Positions 19,976 to 30,411 of a stretch of 64,000 nt of DNA are shown one piece after another. This DNA comes from Acidobacteriota bacterium. Lineage in GTDB: Bacteria; Acidobacteriota; UBA6911; RPQK01; JAJDTT01. The DNA is taken from assembly GCA_965263035.1 (NCBI GenBank), contig OZ253580.1, positions 5,664,001 to 5,728,000 on the forward strand. Reading direction: 5' to 3'. A program made the position numbers and the translations under genes. Below the pieces are notes generated by a model. It was given only the letters and a program-made list of their open reading frames with translations, was not told the DNA's origin and made no database searches. Each line of letters opens with the position of its first letter. Position 1 is the stretch's first letter.

Positions 19976-20860
19976 ATGGCAGACAAGCCATCCGTCGGTT
20001 TCATCGGGCTCGGCATCATGGGGCTCCCCATGGCCGGACATATCTTGAAGGCCGGTTATCCCCTCACGGTCTACAACCGCACCCGGTCAAAGACGAGGTC
20101 ACTGGAAGCGGACGGAGCCGCGGTGGCTGCTTCTCCTGGAGAGGTGGCCGAGAATTCCCAGATGATCGTCACCATAGTCTCCGACTCGCCGGACGTCCAG
20201 GAGGTGGTCGCCGGCCCGGAGGGTGTTCTGGACGGGATTCGACCGGGTTCGGTGGTGATCGACATGAGCACCATCTCTCCTCAGGTCGAGCGGGATCTGG
20301 ACCGGCAGCTCCGAGAGCAGGGATGTGCCCTCGTGGATGCGCCCGTGTCGGGCGGCGACGTGGGGGCAAGGAATGCCACCTTGGCCATCATGGCCGGCGG
20401 AGACCGGGAGGCGTTCGATCGGGTAGTGCCCATTTTCGAGACCATGGGCAAGACCATTACCTACTGTGGGCCGGTGGGGAGTGGCCAGCTGACCAAGTTG
20501 TGCAACCAGATTCTGGTGGCGGTCACCCTCATGGGGGTCAGCGAAGCTCTGGTCTTCGCCGGGAAGAACGGCTTGGACCAGCGGGTGATGATCGAAGCCG
20601 TCAAGGGAGGAGCGGCGGGTAGCTGGCAGTTGAGTAACCTGGCTCCCCGAGTCGTGAATCGGGACTTCGCCCCGGGGTTCATGGTCGATCTCATCCAGAA
20701 GGACCTTCGCCTGGTGATGGAAAGCGCCGCCGGCGCCCAGGCGGCGCTTCCGGCGACAACTCTGGTGAACCAGTTTTTCCGGACCTCTCAGGCCAGGGGG
20801 GAGGGTCTGGAGGGGACTCAGGCCTTGGTCAAGGTGCTGGAGCAGCTCGCGGGCCTCTGA
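19976..20860 (+). CDS. NAD-dependent beta-hydroxyacid dehydrogenase (GarR/MmsB family)
   Basis: GFIGLGIMG, DAPVSGG, KLCNQ. Confidence 0.9.
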   Translation: MADKPSVGFIGLGIMGLPMAGHILKAGYPLTVYNRTRSKTRSLEADGAAVAASPGEVAENSQMIVTIVSDSPDVQEVVAGPEGVLDGIRPGSVVIDMSTISPQVERDLDRQLREQGCALVDAPVSGGDVGARNATLAIMAGGDREAFDRVVPIFETMGKTITYCGPVGSGQLTKLCNQILVAVTLMGVSEALVFAGKNGLDQRVMIEAVKGGAAGSWQLSNLAPRVVNRDFAPGFMVDLIQKDLRLVMESAAGAQAALPATTLVNQFFRTSQARGEGLEGTQALVKVLEQLAGL

Positions 20861-20936
20861 CCCGGATTTTACACCGGGTCTCTGCGCGTATTTGGAGGGA
20901 ATCGCCTCCGAACCGCACGCAGTATTCGACGGATCG

Positions 20937-21656
20937 TCAGTCGGGCAGCGGCGGGAACGCCGCCGTGCGCCGGTAGAACTGGGCCATCTTCCGAGGGGAC
21001 ACGCCCAGGAGATGGCCCGTCACCATGACCTGATTGAGCAGCGTCGTTCTGAAGACGCCCAGGCGTTCCCATCGCCTCGCCGAGGTGACGACGGCTTCCG
21101 GAGCCAGTATGACGCGGCCTCTTCGGCTCAGCTTCCGAACCAGGTCGTAATCCTCCATGATGGGAAGATCCGCATAACCTCCCAATTCGGAAAAGATCCG
21201 GGACCGCACGAAGAGAGCCTGGTCTCCGTAAGGGAGTTGGAGCCACCGGGATCTCCAGTTGGCTCCCGACTCGATCCAACGGAGACTTCGCTGCCGACCC
21301 TCGATACCCAGCCGAAAGGCTCCCGCCACCACGTCGGGAGACGCCAGCAGGCGTCGAACCAGGCCGGCATAGTTCGAAGGAAGAATCGTGTCCGCATGCA
21401 GGAAGATCAGATATTCGCCGCTGGATGCCCGGGCTCCCGCGTTCATCTGGCGGGCTCGTCCTGCAGGGACCGACAGCGTCTTGGCGCCTTGGCGGCGGGC
21501 CACCCGAACCGTTTCATCCCGGCTGCCCCCGTCGACGACGATGACCTCGACGTCCGGCTCTTGGGTCGCGCTGGCGATGGACCTTTCGATCCCGGTCTCT
21601 TCATTGAGAGCGGGGATGATCACCGAGACCTGCGGCCTGGATTTTCCTGACGCCAT
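20937..21656 (-). CDS. GT2 glycosyltransferase (TIGR04283-like)
   Basis: SVIIPALNE, VDGGS.D, GRARQMNAGA, FLHAD, PYGDQALF, MED, TSARRW. Confidence 0.85.
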   Translation of the reverse strand: MASGKSRPQVSVIIPALNEETGIERSIASATQEPDVEVIVVDGGSRDETVRVARRQGAKTLSVPAGRARQMNAGARASSGEYLIFLHADTILPSNYAGLVRRLLASPDVVAGAFRLGIEGRQRSLRWIESGANWRSRWLQLPYGDQALFVRSRIFSELGGYADLPIMEDYDLVRKLSRRGRVILAPEAVVTSARRWERLGVFRTTLLNQVMVTGHLLGVSPRKMAQFYRRTAAFPPLPD

Positions 21657-22069
21657 CAATTCCCGTCCGATTCCCAACGGCGGCTCCGAGGCCAACAGGC
21701 CCAGAGCAGACACGCCCACCCGGCCAGCAGAAGCGTCCCCCCTACGGGAGTCAGCATCACCCAGCCGAGCGCGGCGGTCAGACTGTAGGCGTAGAGCGTT
21801 CCGGAGAAGAGGATCGCTCCGGCGCAGAATCCCCATCCGGCCAGGACTCCGCACCTCGGTTCCATGCGGCCGGACAGGGCGCCCAGCAGGAGTAGAGCCA
21901 GAGCGTGAACCATGAGGTAGCGGGTGGCCAATTCGAAGATCTCCAACATGTCGCCGGAAAGCTTCGCTTCCAGGACATGGGACCCGAAGGCGCCCGCCGC
22001 CACGCTCACGAGACCGAAAAACGCGCCCAGAGCAGGGAAGAACCGGAGGCTCGAACGAGATGACCGCAT
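21656..22069 (-). CDS. DUF423 membrane protein
   Basis: GAFGSH, YLMVHALA, LFSGTLY, TPVGG. Confidence 0.88.
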   Translation of the reverse strand: MRSSRSSLRFFPALGAFFGLVSVAAGAFGSHVLEAKLSGDMLEIFELATRYLMVHALALLLLGALSGRMEPRCGVLAGWGFCAGAILFSGTLYAYSLTAALGWVMLTPVGGTLLLAGWACLLWACWPRSRRWESDGN

Positions 22070-22111
22070 CGGTTCATTCTACCTTCGACTCTTCCGGCGC
22101 GGTAGCTCCGG

Positions 22112-22204
22112 GGAGCGGCGGTTTCCAACCGCCGAACTCCGGACAGAGCATGGGGGAATGAGCGCACGGGAACGGAGGAGCAGGTGACTGGAAGTCACCC
22201 CTCC
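22112..22204. repeat. Inverted pair of REP-like hairpins (GGAG-foot family)
   Basis: GGAGCGGCGG-TTTCCAA-CCGCCG and GGTGAC-TGGAA-GTCACC-CCTCC; related to copies at 38101, 56688 and 59708-59822. Confidence 0.65.
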
Positions 22205-22434
22205 AGGTTTCTCACGAGGTGTGAAATTGGCGGCACTTTTGCCTCTCCAGCCCTGTGGTAGACTACAAGTTCTTTACCGGCACTGTGTTGAACGATGTCG
22301 CCGCCCAACCCTTCCGCTCCCGGCGTTTTCGAAACCGGCCCCTGACGGCCGGCGTGGTCCGGCCGGGAGAACCGTGGTCAGGGGAAGGCAGAGGGGCTGC
22401 GCGGGAATAGAGCGAGATCGATTGCCGATACGAC

Positions 22435-23646
22435 ATGGAGATCGTCAACCAGAGTTTCACCCTCAGCTATGACTACCCGGTGATCTTCACGGAGGGTGTC
22501 TTCGATCCGGTAAATTCGGTCTTCCGGCGGGTGGTGAGCCGTCTCGAACCGGACCGGCGGCACCGTCTCTTCTTCGTGATCGACGAGAATGTCTCCCGTG
22601 CGCAGCCCCGGTTGCGCACACGAATCGCAGCCTGCGCCGAAGCCCGGCCTCAGGAACTGGAACTCGTCTGCGAGCCCTTGGAGATCGTCGGGGGCGAAGC
22701 CGTCAAGGCGGATCTCCGCCATGTCCTGACCCTGGTGGAGGCGATGAACCGGCTGGGCCTGGATCGCCAATCCTTCATGGTGATCGTGGGAGGGGGTGCG
22801 GTCCTGGACGCGGCAGGGTTTGCGGCCTCCATCTGTCACCGGGGGGTCCGTGTCATCCGGGTCCCCAGCACCGTCCTCGCCCAGAGCGATTCCGGAGTGG
22901 GGGTCAAGAACGGGGTCAATCTGTTCGGGAAGAAGAACTTTCTGGGCGCCTTCAGCCCGCCCTTCGCGGTCATCAACGACCGTTCGCTGATCGAGACCCT
23001 GGAGCATCGAGACAAGATCGCCGGCATCGCCGAGGCCGTCAAGGTGGCGCTGATCCGGGACCGGCCCCTCTTCGAGTATCTGGAGAAGAACGCATCGGAA
23101 CTCTCCCGAGGCGAGGCGGAACCACTCCACTACCAGATTCGGCGCTCCGCGGAACTCCACCTGGAACACATACGCGGTTCCGGCGATCCTTTCGAGTTCG
23201 GCAGTGCACGGCCACTGGATTTCGGCCACTGGTCCGCCCACAAGCTGGAGTCCATGACCCGGAACCGGCTCCGGCACGGAGAGGCGGTCGCCATCGGAAT
23301 GGCCGTCGATCTGGTCTACTCGGTCCGGGCCGGTTTCCTGAAGCGGAGGGTCCTGAATCGAGTCCTTTCCTTGCTTCGAAACCTGGGTCTTCCGGTCTGG
23401 GATGAGGCCCTCTCCACGACTCGGGGCGGGGAGAGGGTGGTGCTGGAGGGACTGACCGAGTTTCGGGAACATCTGGGCGGAACACTTCACATCAGCCTGA
23501 TTCGAGACATCGGCGACAGCTTCGAGGTGACGGAAATGGACGACCGTCTCCTGCTCGATTCCATTGAATGGCTCCGGCACTCGTTCGGAGAGTTCGGCGC
23601 CGGTGTGGCCGAGACCGAACTTCCGGAGTCTGCGCGGCAGGAATGA
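22435..23646 (+). CDS. eboD: EboD-like 3-dehydroquinate synthase homologue (stop inside MITE-A)
   Basis: GGE..K, GGGAVLDAAG, DSGVGVKNG, DPFEFGSARPLDFGHW.AHKLE, RHGEAV; adjacent to eboE and eboC. Confidence 0.85.
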   Translation: MEIVNQSFTLSYDYPVIFTEGVFDPVNSVFRRVVSRLEPDRRHRLFFVIDENVSRAQPRLRTRIAACAEARPQELELVCEPLEIVGGEAVKADLRHVLTLVEAMNRLGLDRQSFMVIVGGGAVLDAAGFAASICHRGVRVIRVPSTVLAQSDSGVGVKNGVNLFGKKNFLGAFSPPFAVINDRSLIETLEHRDKIAGIAEAVKVALIRDRPLFEYLEKNASELSRGEAEPLHYQIRRSAELHLEHIRGSGDPFEFGSARPLDFGHWSAHKLESMTRNRLRHGEAVAIGMAVDLVYSVRAGFLKRRVLNRVLSLLRNLGLPVWDEALSTTRGGERVVLEGLTEFREHLGGTLHISLIRDIGDSFEVTEMDDRLLLDSIEWLRHSFGEFGAGVAETELPESARQE

Positions 23647-23784
23647 TCGTAGCGAGAAAGCGGGGAATCGAGGCCAGATTTTCTCGATTTGGAGGTGCAT
23701 AGTCGTTCTATTCGCCGAGAAATCGGGGAAATATGGACCGATTCTACCGCTTTCGCAGTAGATCAATTTCTGCCGCGCAGGCTC
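23626..23784 (+). mobile_element. MITE-A copy 2 (159 bp)
   Basis: Same sequence as copy 1; lies between eboD and eboE. Confidence 0.9.
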
Positions 23785-23811
23785 CTATGCCGGGTGACGC
23801 GCTGAGGCACG

Positions 23812-25041
23812 ATGCAGCTGGTTCCGGGATTCCATCTGACCTATTGCCTGAACATCCATCCCGGGGAGACCTGGCCCGAGGTTTGGGAAAATCTCAAGAC
23901 CTATCCGGGCGCGGTTCGAGACCAGCTTTGTCCGGGCCAACCCTTCGCCATCGGGCTGCGTCTTTCGGGCCAGGCTGCCGACGCCCTGGCTCGCCCCGAC
24001 AATCTGGAGGCGTTTCAAGATTTCCTGAGAACGGAAGGGGCCTACGTCTTCACCATCAACGGGTTTCCCTACGGCGTCTTTCACCGGGCGCGGGTCAAGG
24101 AGAACGTCTACCTGCCGGACTGGAGAGATCGGGTCCGCTTGGAATACACGAACCGGTTGGCCAGGATTCTTGCTCGGCTGCTGCCCGACGATGCGGACAT
24201 GGAAGGGAGCATCAGCACGGTTCCCGGAGCTTTCCGGACGGAGGTCCGTTCCTCTGGCGACGTTCGCCGGATGGCCGAGCTGATGCTCCGCAGCGTCGCA
24301 TACCTCCACCGGCTCCGGGAGCAGACGGGAAAAACCATTACCCTGGCGCTGGAGCCCGAGCCCTGTTGCTTCCTGGAAACGACAGACGACGTGGTGGCCT
24401 TTTTCGAAGGCCATGTCTTCTCGGAGGAAGGACTCGGGGCCCTGGTCCGGGAGCTGGGTCTGACCAGGGCCCGGGCGGAGCGTGTCGCTCGGAGGCACCT
24501 GGGAATCTGCGTTGACGCCTGTCACGTGGCCGTGGAATTCGAGGAACCGGCAGAGGTGCTGGATCGCCTGGAAGCCGCGGGGATCCGAATCCTGAAGGTT
24601 CAAGTCAGCTCGGCTCTGCGCCTCCGGTTCCGGGAGGGGGACGGCAGCCCTCAACGAACGTTGCGGCCTTTCGCCGAGGAGACCTACCTGCACCAGGTGG
24701 TGGAGACGTCGGAGCGGGGAGTCGTCCGCTATCAGGATCTGCCGCAGGCGCTGGACCGGGAGGTGGATTTCCAGCAAAAAGGCGCCGCATCGCCCGGCAT
24801 CCGGAAGGAATGGAGAGTCCATTTCCACGTTCCCATCTTCCTCTCCCGCATGAAAGGCTTCGACACCACTCAGGATGACCTTGCGGCCCTGCTGGCCCGC
24901 CTGAAATCGAAACCCGCATGTCCCTATCTGGAGGTGGAGACCTATACCTGGGACGTTCTCCCGCCGCGTTACAAGACCCTGGATACGACCGACGCCATCG
25001 CCCGCGAGCTGGCCTGGACGCGGGACAAGCTCCTGCAATGA
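23812..25041 (+). CDS. eboE: EboE TIM-barrel metabolite-traffic protein
   Basis: HLTYCLNIHPGETW, TINGFPYG.FH...KENVY.PDW, LEPEP, YLHQV, WRVHFHVP, LEVETYTW. Confidence 0.9.
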   Translation: MQLVPGFHLTYCLNIHPGETWPEVWENLKTYPGAVRDQLCPGQPFAIGLRLSGQAADALARPDNLEAFQDFLRTEGAYVFTINGFPYGVFHRARVKENVYLPDWRDRVRLEYTNRLARILARLLPDDADMEGSISTVPGAFRTEVRSSGDVRRMAELMLRSVAYLHRLREQTGKTITLALEPEPCCFLETTDDVVAFFEGHVFSEEGLGALVRELGLTRARAERVARRHLGICVDACHVAVEFEEPAEVLDRLEAAGIRILKVQVSSALRLRFREGDGSPQRTLRPFAEETYLHQVVETSERGVVRYQDLPQALDREVDFQQKGAASPGIRKEWRVHFHVPIFLSRMKGFDTTQDDLAALLARLKSKPACPYLEVETYTWDVLPPRYKTLDTTDAIARELAWTRDKLLQ

Positions 25042-25949
25042 GCGCGCAAACGCCGTTGCCTGGACGCAGGCCCCGCTGGCGCGTCTACCTGGACCTGGGG
25101 CGGGTGTCCAATCTGCCCACCGTCTGGACCAACTGCGTGGCGGGAGCCGCTCTCTCCGGCGCGACTCCGGAGCTGCCCACCTTGCTGCTCCTGGCGGCGG
25201 CGCTCTCCTGCTTCTACACCGGGGGCATGTTCCTCAACGATGCCTTCGACCACCGCTATGACGAAAGGTCCCGGCCCGGCCGGCCCATTCCTTCGGGGCA
25301 GGTCGGCCGGTTCGAGGTCTACGCAACAGGCTTCGGGTTCCTGGCCCTGGGCCAGGCGGGACTCTTTGCAGCCTCGGCGCTACAGTCCGGTCCCCGTCTG
25401 GAAGCTCTGGGTGCGGGGGTGATCCTGGGCGTCTTGATCGTCCGCTACAACTACCGCCATAAGACCGATCCCTTCAGTCCCGTGGTGATGGCCGTCTGCC
25501 GTGGACTGGTCTACCTGATCGCCGCTTCCATGACGGCCGGGTCCCTCTCCCTCCAGGTCTGGGCCGGTGGCCTGGTGCTGGTGAGCTACGTGGCCGGTTT
25601 GACCTACCTGGCCGCCCAGGAAGACCTCAACCGGGTGAAGGCGCTGTGGCCCGCGCTCTTGCTCTTTGGCCCCTTGGTGTTCGCTTTGCACCGGACCTTC
25701 GAAGGCGGGGCCGACCCGGCGTTGCTTCCGTTGATGGCTTTCTTTCTGGTCTGGACACTGTGGTCCGGATCCTTGCTGTGGGCGCAGCGGCGCAACGTGC
25801 CCCGCGCCGTCACCGGTCTCATCGCCGGCATCTCCCTTTTGGATGGGGTCCTCATCGCGGCCGTCTCGACGGGTCTCGGCGGACCGGTTTGCGCCCTTCT
25901 CGGCTTGCTGTCGACCCGGGCCCTGCAGAGATTCGTCCCTGGGACCTGA
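25038..25949 (+). CDS. eboC: EboC-like UbiA prenyltransferase
   Basis: RVSNLPTVW, GGMFLNDAFD...RP.RPIPSG, multiple TMs. Confidence 0.85.
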   Translation: MSAQTPLPGRRPRWRVYLDLGRVSNLPTVWTNCVAGAALSGATPELPTLLLLAAALSCFYTGGMFLNDAFDHRYDERSRPGRPIPSGQVGRFEVYATGFGFLALGQAGLFAASALQSGPRLEALGAGVILGVLIVRYNYRHKTDPFSPVVMAVCRGLVYLIAASMTAGSLSLQVWAGGLVLVSYVAGLTYLAAQEDLNRVKALWPALLLFGPLVFALHRTFEGGADPALLPLMAFFLVWTLWSGSLLWAQRRNVPRAVTGLIAGISLLDGVLIAAVSTGLGGPVCALLGLLSTRALQRFVPGT

Positions 25950-25990
25950 TCGAGACTGGCGGGACCGCCGGGGCGGGAGTGGGATTCGAT

Positions 25991-26650
25991 TCACACAGGC
26001 CGCTGGGCCAGCCGGGATTCCAACCACCCGATCAGTTGCGCCGAGGAGAGGCTGACCAGCAGGAAGAGGAGTCCCACCAGGGTCAGGGGTTCCAAATACC
26101 GGAAGCTCTCGGCGCCGATGAGCTTGGCCGTCTGGAGCAGTTCCCGGACCGTGATGGCGGCCAGGATGGGGGTTTCTTTGAACATGCCCACCAGGTAGTT
26201 GCCCAAGGCCGGGACCATGGGAGGTAAGGCTTGGGGCAGGATCACCGACCTCCAGGTCTCCAGCCAGCCCAGGTTCAGGGCCCGGGCGGCCTCCCACTGG
26301 CCGGAAGGGACGTTGTCGATGCCGGCGCGGTAGACTTCGGCCGTGTAGGCGCTGTAGTGGAGTCCCAGACCGAGGGCGCCGGTCACGAAGGGCGACCAGG
26401 AGAGGCCGAACTCGGGCAGGACGTAGAAGAGGAAGTAGACCTGCACCAGGAGCGGAGTGCTGCGGACGAACTCCACGATCCAGGTGGCCGGCCAAGCCAG
26501 ATAGCGGCGGGAAGACCGGCGAAGAAGAGCCCAGGCCAGACCCAGCACCAGCGCCAGGCTCATGCCCACCACGGTGCACTGGAGCGTCACCAGACAGGCA
26601 TGCAGCAGGGCGGGCAGGATCTCCAGGGCGAATCCCCAGTCGAAGATCAC
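25991..26650 (-). CDS. ehuD: Ectoine/hydroxyectoine-type ABC permease EhuD
   Basis: FDWGFALEILP, RSTPLLVQ, HYSAYTAEVYRAGI, GNYLVGMFKETP. Confidence 0.85.
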   Translation of the reverse strand: MIFDWGFALEILPALLHACLVTLQCTVVGMSLALVLGLAWALLRRSSRRYLAWPATWIVEFVRSTPLLVQVYFLFYVLPEFGLSWSPFVTGALGLGLHYSAYTAEVYRAGIDNVPSGQWEAARALNLGWLETWRSVILPQALPPMVPALGNYLVGMFKETPILAAITVRELLQTAKLIGAESFRYLEPLTLVGLLFLLVSLSSAQLIGWLESRLAQRPV

Positions 26651-27309
26651 GCCGCACCCCCGGAATCGCGTCCCGCCGCCAACCTGGATTCGAGAAATCT
26701 CATTCCTCTCGCGATCACCTGAGCCAACAGGAAGTAGAAGACCAGAATCAGGGCGAAGATTTCGCCGGAACGCAACGTGGCCGTCCGTAGCGTCTGCCCC
26801 TGGAACGTGAGGTCCGCCAAGCTGATGAGAGAGACGAGGGCGGTCCCTTTGAGGAGCTCGATGAAGAGGTTTCCGAAGGGGGGAATCATGCGCAGTGCGG
26901 CCTGAGGCAGGATGATTCTCCAGAGCGTCTGGCGCCGGCTCAGGTTCAAGGCCGCGGCGGCATCGTACTGGGACTGGGAGACGCTACGGATCGCCGACCG
27001 GACGATCTCCGATCCGTAGGACCCCAGGTTCAGGCCCAAGACCAGGATTCCCACCGTCACCGCCTCCAGCCGGAGTCCCAGCAGGGGAAGAGCGAAGTAG
27101 GCCCAGAAGAGCTGGACCAGGGCCGAGGTTCCCCGGAAGACGTCGACGTAAACCCGTGTGATCCCCCGGACCATCCTGCGCCCGGAGAGCCGTCCCAGTC
27201 CCGCCAGGAAGGAGGAGGCCAGCGCCACCACCGCGGCGCCGGCGGTGATCTGGAGCGTGACCAGGAGTCCCGTCAACAGGCTGGGAAGAAGGTCCAGGGG
27301 CGGTGGCAT
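26647..27309 (-). CDS. ehuC: Ectoine-type ABC permease EhuC
   Basis: FRGTSALVQLFWAYFALP, MIPPFGNLFIELLKGT. Confidence 0.85.
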   Translation of the reverse strand: MPPPLDLLPSLLTGLLVTLQITAGAAVVALASSFLAGLGRLSGRRMVRGITRVYVDVFRGTSALVQLFWAYFALPLLGLRLEAVTVGILVLGLNLGSYGSEIVRSAIRSVSQSQYDAAAALNLSRRQTLWRIILPQAALRMIPPFGNLFIELLKGTALVSLISLADLTFQGQTLRTATLRSGEIFALILVFYFLLAQVIARGMRFLESRLAAGRDSGGAA

Positions 27310-27324
27310 CTTGGTCGATAGAGA

Positions 27325-28182
27325 TCAGGGAGCGCCGGCGCAGAGCTCTTCCGTCGTCATTCCCGCAGGGAGCTCGGCTTCCGTAAACCCGAAAGTGCGA
27401 ATCAACTCCAGATGTCCGGGAGTTCCGATGAAGGCGGTGAGGTGTCGGTTGAATTCGTCCAGGTGCTTCCGGTCCTCTTTGCGGAAACCGATCCCGCTAC
27501 AGGTGCGGGCCGGGAGGCCGGCTGCCCGGGGCTGGACGAACGGGTCGATCGCCTCGAGTTCCGAGGTAGAGGGCTTGCGCAGCAGGTCCCGGTGGGCCGG
27601 CGCCGGACCCGCATTGGCGTCCACCCTTCCGGCCTGCAGACCGGCCACGGCACTGGGCTGGTCCGGAAAGATGAAGAGCCTTGACTCGGGGATGCCCGTG
27701 GCTCTGGCGAACATGAGCTCCACCCCCCCCGCCACCACGCCCAGACGGGCGCTCTCATGACGGGTCACGTCCAGATAGCTGTGGAGGTTCAGCGGGTTGC
27801 CCTGCTGCACGAGCATTCCCTGGAGGATGCAGGAGAGGGGTTCGGAAAAGAGGATTTCCCGGCACCGGGGAGGCAGGATCCACATGCCGGCGGCGATCAG
27901 GTCGAAGCGTCCAGCCTTGAGGCCCGGGATGAGAGAGGCGAACTCGGTGATGACACCCTCCACCTGGGTGATTCCCATCTCCGCCAGGACCCGGCGCGTC
28001 ACCTCCACCGACTCGCCCGTCAGTTTTCCGGTCCGGTTGTCGTAGAAGGCGAACGGAGCCTCGTTGGAGTAACCGATGCGGACTGGGCCCGAGCCTTCGA
28101 AGCCTCCCGGTTGAGTTCCGATGGAGCAACCCAGGAGCAGGAAAGACAATGGAGGAATCGTGAGGGCCCAAAGGTTCTTCAT
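27325..28182 (-). CDS. ehuB: Ectoine-type ABC substrate-binding lipoprotein EhuB
   Basis: Lipobox LLGC, NEAPFAF, EFASLIPGLKAGRFD, GNPLNLHSY. Confidence 0.85.
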   Translation of the reverse strand: MKNLWALTIPPLSFLLLGCSIGTQPGGFEGSGPVRIGYSNEAPFAFYDNRTGKLTGESVEVTRRVLAEMGITQVEGVITEFASLIPGLKAGRFDLIAAGMWILPPRCREILFSEPLSCILQGMLVQQGNPLNLHSYLDVTRHESARLGVVAGGVELMFARATGIPESRLFIFPDQPSAVAGLQAGRVDANAGPAPAHRDLLRKPSTSELEAIDPFVQPRAAGLPARTCSGIGFRKEDRKHLDEFNRHLTAFIGTPGHLELIRTFGFTEAELPAGMTTEELCAGAP

Positions 28183-28221
28183 GGATCGTGTCCGGTCCGG
28201 CGGGCCGAAGTCTACTTCGGA

Positions 28222-28253
28222 GGAGGAAAGGAGGAAAGGAGGAAAGGAGGAAA
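28222..28253 (+). repeat. (GGAGGAAA)x4 tandem repeat in divergent intergenic region
   Basis: Four perfect 8-mers inside a purine-rich tract. Confidence 0.85.
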
Positions 28254-28314
28254 GAGAGAAGAGGTCCTGCTGCCGTGCGAGAGTTCGGGTTGGGGCTGGT
28301 AGACTGGGTTTGCT

Positions 28315-30345
28315 GTGGGGGACGCGAAGAAAATTTCATTTAAGGATGTCGTCGGGTCAGGTGTGGAGTGGTCCGGGGTGCGGACCCGGAGCGCGGGGCC
28401 GGAGGGTCAGCTCCCCTTGACCGAGGAGATGCTGCTCCATGAGCCCAGCGGCAATCTCTTCGGCTGGACCCAGGACGTGGGGATGGGTTGGAGTCCCGGG
28501 AAGGTCGACCGGGAGGCCTATCTGATCTTGAGCACCCAGGGCGGCCTGCGGGACGCGGATGGGACTCCACTGGCCCTGGGGTACCACACGGGACACTGGG
28601 AGATCGGCCTGCTGGCGGCGGCGGCGGCCGGCGTCTTCCGGGACCAGGGAGCCCGCCCCTATGCGGCCTATTGCAGCGACCCCTGCGACGGCCGGAGCCA
28701 GGGAACGGAGGGGATGATGGACAGCCTCCCCTACCGTAACGACGCTGCTACGGTCCTGAAGCGGCTGGTGAGGTCCCTCCCGACTCGACAGGGCGTCCTG
28801 GGGATCGGAACTTGCGACAAGGGACTGCCGGCCATGCTCATGGCGCTGGCGGGCTGTGCCGGGTTGCCGGGAGTCATCGTCCCCGGCGGCGTCACGCTGC
28901 CTCCCACCAACGGGGAAGATGCGGGAACGGTGCAGACCATCGGCGCCCGTTTCGCCCACGGACTCATCAGCCTGCAGGACGCCGCAGCCATGGGGTGCCG
29001 GGCCTGCGCCTCGCCGGGCGGGGGATGCCAGTTTCTGGGAACTGCGGCCACGGCGCAGGTGGTGGCCGAGGGACTGGGAATGGCTCTGCCTCACACGGCC
29101 CTGAGTCCTTCGGGCCAGCCGGTCTGGCTGGACGCGGCCCGGCGGTCGGCCCTGGCGCTCATGCGGCTCAGGGAACGGGCTCTGCCCTTGTCCCGGATCC
29201 TGACCCCGGCATCCCTGGAGAACGCCATGCTGGTCCATGCCGCGTTCGGGGGCTCCACCAACCTGTTGCTCCACATTCCGGCCATCGCCCACGCCGCCGG
29301 TCTGAAGCCGCCCCGGGTCGAGGATTGGAACCGGGTCAATCGAAGCACGCCCCGCCTCGTGGACGCCCTTCCCAATGGGCCTCGCAACCATCCCACCATC
29401 CAGGTTTTCCTGGCCGGGGGTGTTCCGGAAGTGATGCTCCACCTTCGGGGCCTGGGCCTCCTGAACCTGGAGGCGCGGACGGTGACGGGGGAGAAGTTGG
29501 GAGACGTGCTGGACTGGTGGCAGGAGAGCCGGCGCCGCCGGGATTGCCGCCGCGTGCTGCAACGGTCCGGCGAGGCGGACGTGGACCAGATCATCATGGA
29601 CCCCGAGACGGCCCGCCGGAACGGACTCACCAGCACCGTCGTCTTTCCTTCCGGGAACCTGGCTCCCGAGGGTTCGGTGATCAAGGCTACCGCCATCGAC
29701 CCGAGTCTGGTGGACGAGCGACAGGTCTACCGGCACCGGGGACCGGCCCGGGTTTTCTGCTCGGAGCGGGAGGCGGTGAGGGCCCTCAAGGGCCTGGGGC
29801 CCCGGTCCGTCCGGTCGGGGGACGTCCTGGTCCTGGCCGGCCTGGGACCCTCAGGCACCGGAATGGAGGAGATCTATCAGGTCACCTCGGCCCTCAAGTT
29901 CATTCCGTGGGGCAAGACGGTGCCCGTACTCACCGACGCCCGCTTCTCGGGGGTGTCCACCGGTCCCTGTATCGGACATGTCGGTCCGGAAGCGCTGGCC
30001 GGCGGACCCATCGGCCGAGTCCGGGACGGGGACCTTGTGGAGCTGGTCATCGACCGCCGCCGCCTGGAGGGCCGGATCAACTTCCTGGGACCCGACGGGG
30101 CGGAGGTCTCCGAAGCCGAGGCGGATCGAATCCTCGAGGGAAGGGAACTGCATCCCGAGCTCGCCCCCCATCCCCGCCTTCCGGCCGACACCCGGCTCTG
30201 GGCGGCGCTCCAGTCGGCGAGCGGCGGCGTCTGGCTCGGCTGCGTCTACGACGTGGATCGGATCGTCCAGCTTCTGGAGGCGGGCCGCCGGGCGATTGGA
30301 GAAGGGGAGGCTTCAGACCCTCCTGGAAATGGCGCCGGAAATTGA
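28315..30345 (+). CDS. YjhG/YagF-family D-xylonate dehydratase (IlvD/Edd family)
   Basis: [54 protein letters not shown]. Confidence 0.9.
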   Translation: MGDAKKISFKDVVGSGVEWSGVRTRSAGPEGQLPLTEEMLLHEPSGNLFGWTQDVGMGWSPGKVDREAYLILSTQGGLRDADGTPLALGYHTGHWEIGLLAAAAAGVFRDQGARPYAAYCSDPCDGRSQGTEGMMDSLPYRNDAATVLKRLVRSLPTRQGVLGIGTCDKGLPAMLMALAGCAGLPGVIVPGGVTLPPTNGEDAGTVQTIGARFAHGLISLQDAAAMGCRACASPGGGCQFLGTAATAQVVAEGLGMALPHTALSPSGQPVWLDAARRSALALMRLRERALPLSRILTPASLENAMLVHAAFGGSTNLLLHIPAIAHAAGLKPPRVEDWNRVNRSTPRLVDALPNGPRNHPTIQVFLAGGVPEVMLHLRGLGLLNLEARTVTGEKLGDVLDWWQESRRRRDCRRVLQRSGEADVDQIIMDPETARRNGLTSTVVFPSGNLAPEGSVIKATAIDPSLVDERQVYRHRGPARVFCSEREAVRALKGLGPRSVRSGDVLVLAGLGPSGTGMEEIYQVTSALKFIPWGKTVPVLTDARFSGVSTGPCIGHVGPEALAGGPIGRVRDGDLVELVIDRRRLEGRINFLGPDGAEVSEAEADRILEGRELHPELAPHPRLPADTRLWAALQSASGGVWLGCVYDVDRIVQLLEAGRRAIGEGEASDPPGNGAGN

Positions 30346-30411
30346 ACGGAACGACCCTTCTCCTCGTGCTATGAATTTGGCCGTCAAATCTTTGGAGAAG
30401 AAGAGGCGCCC

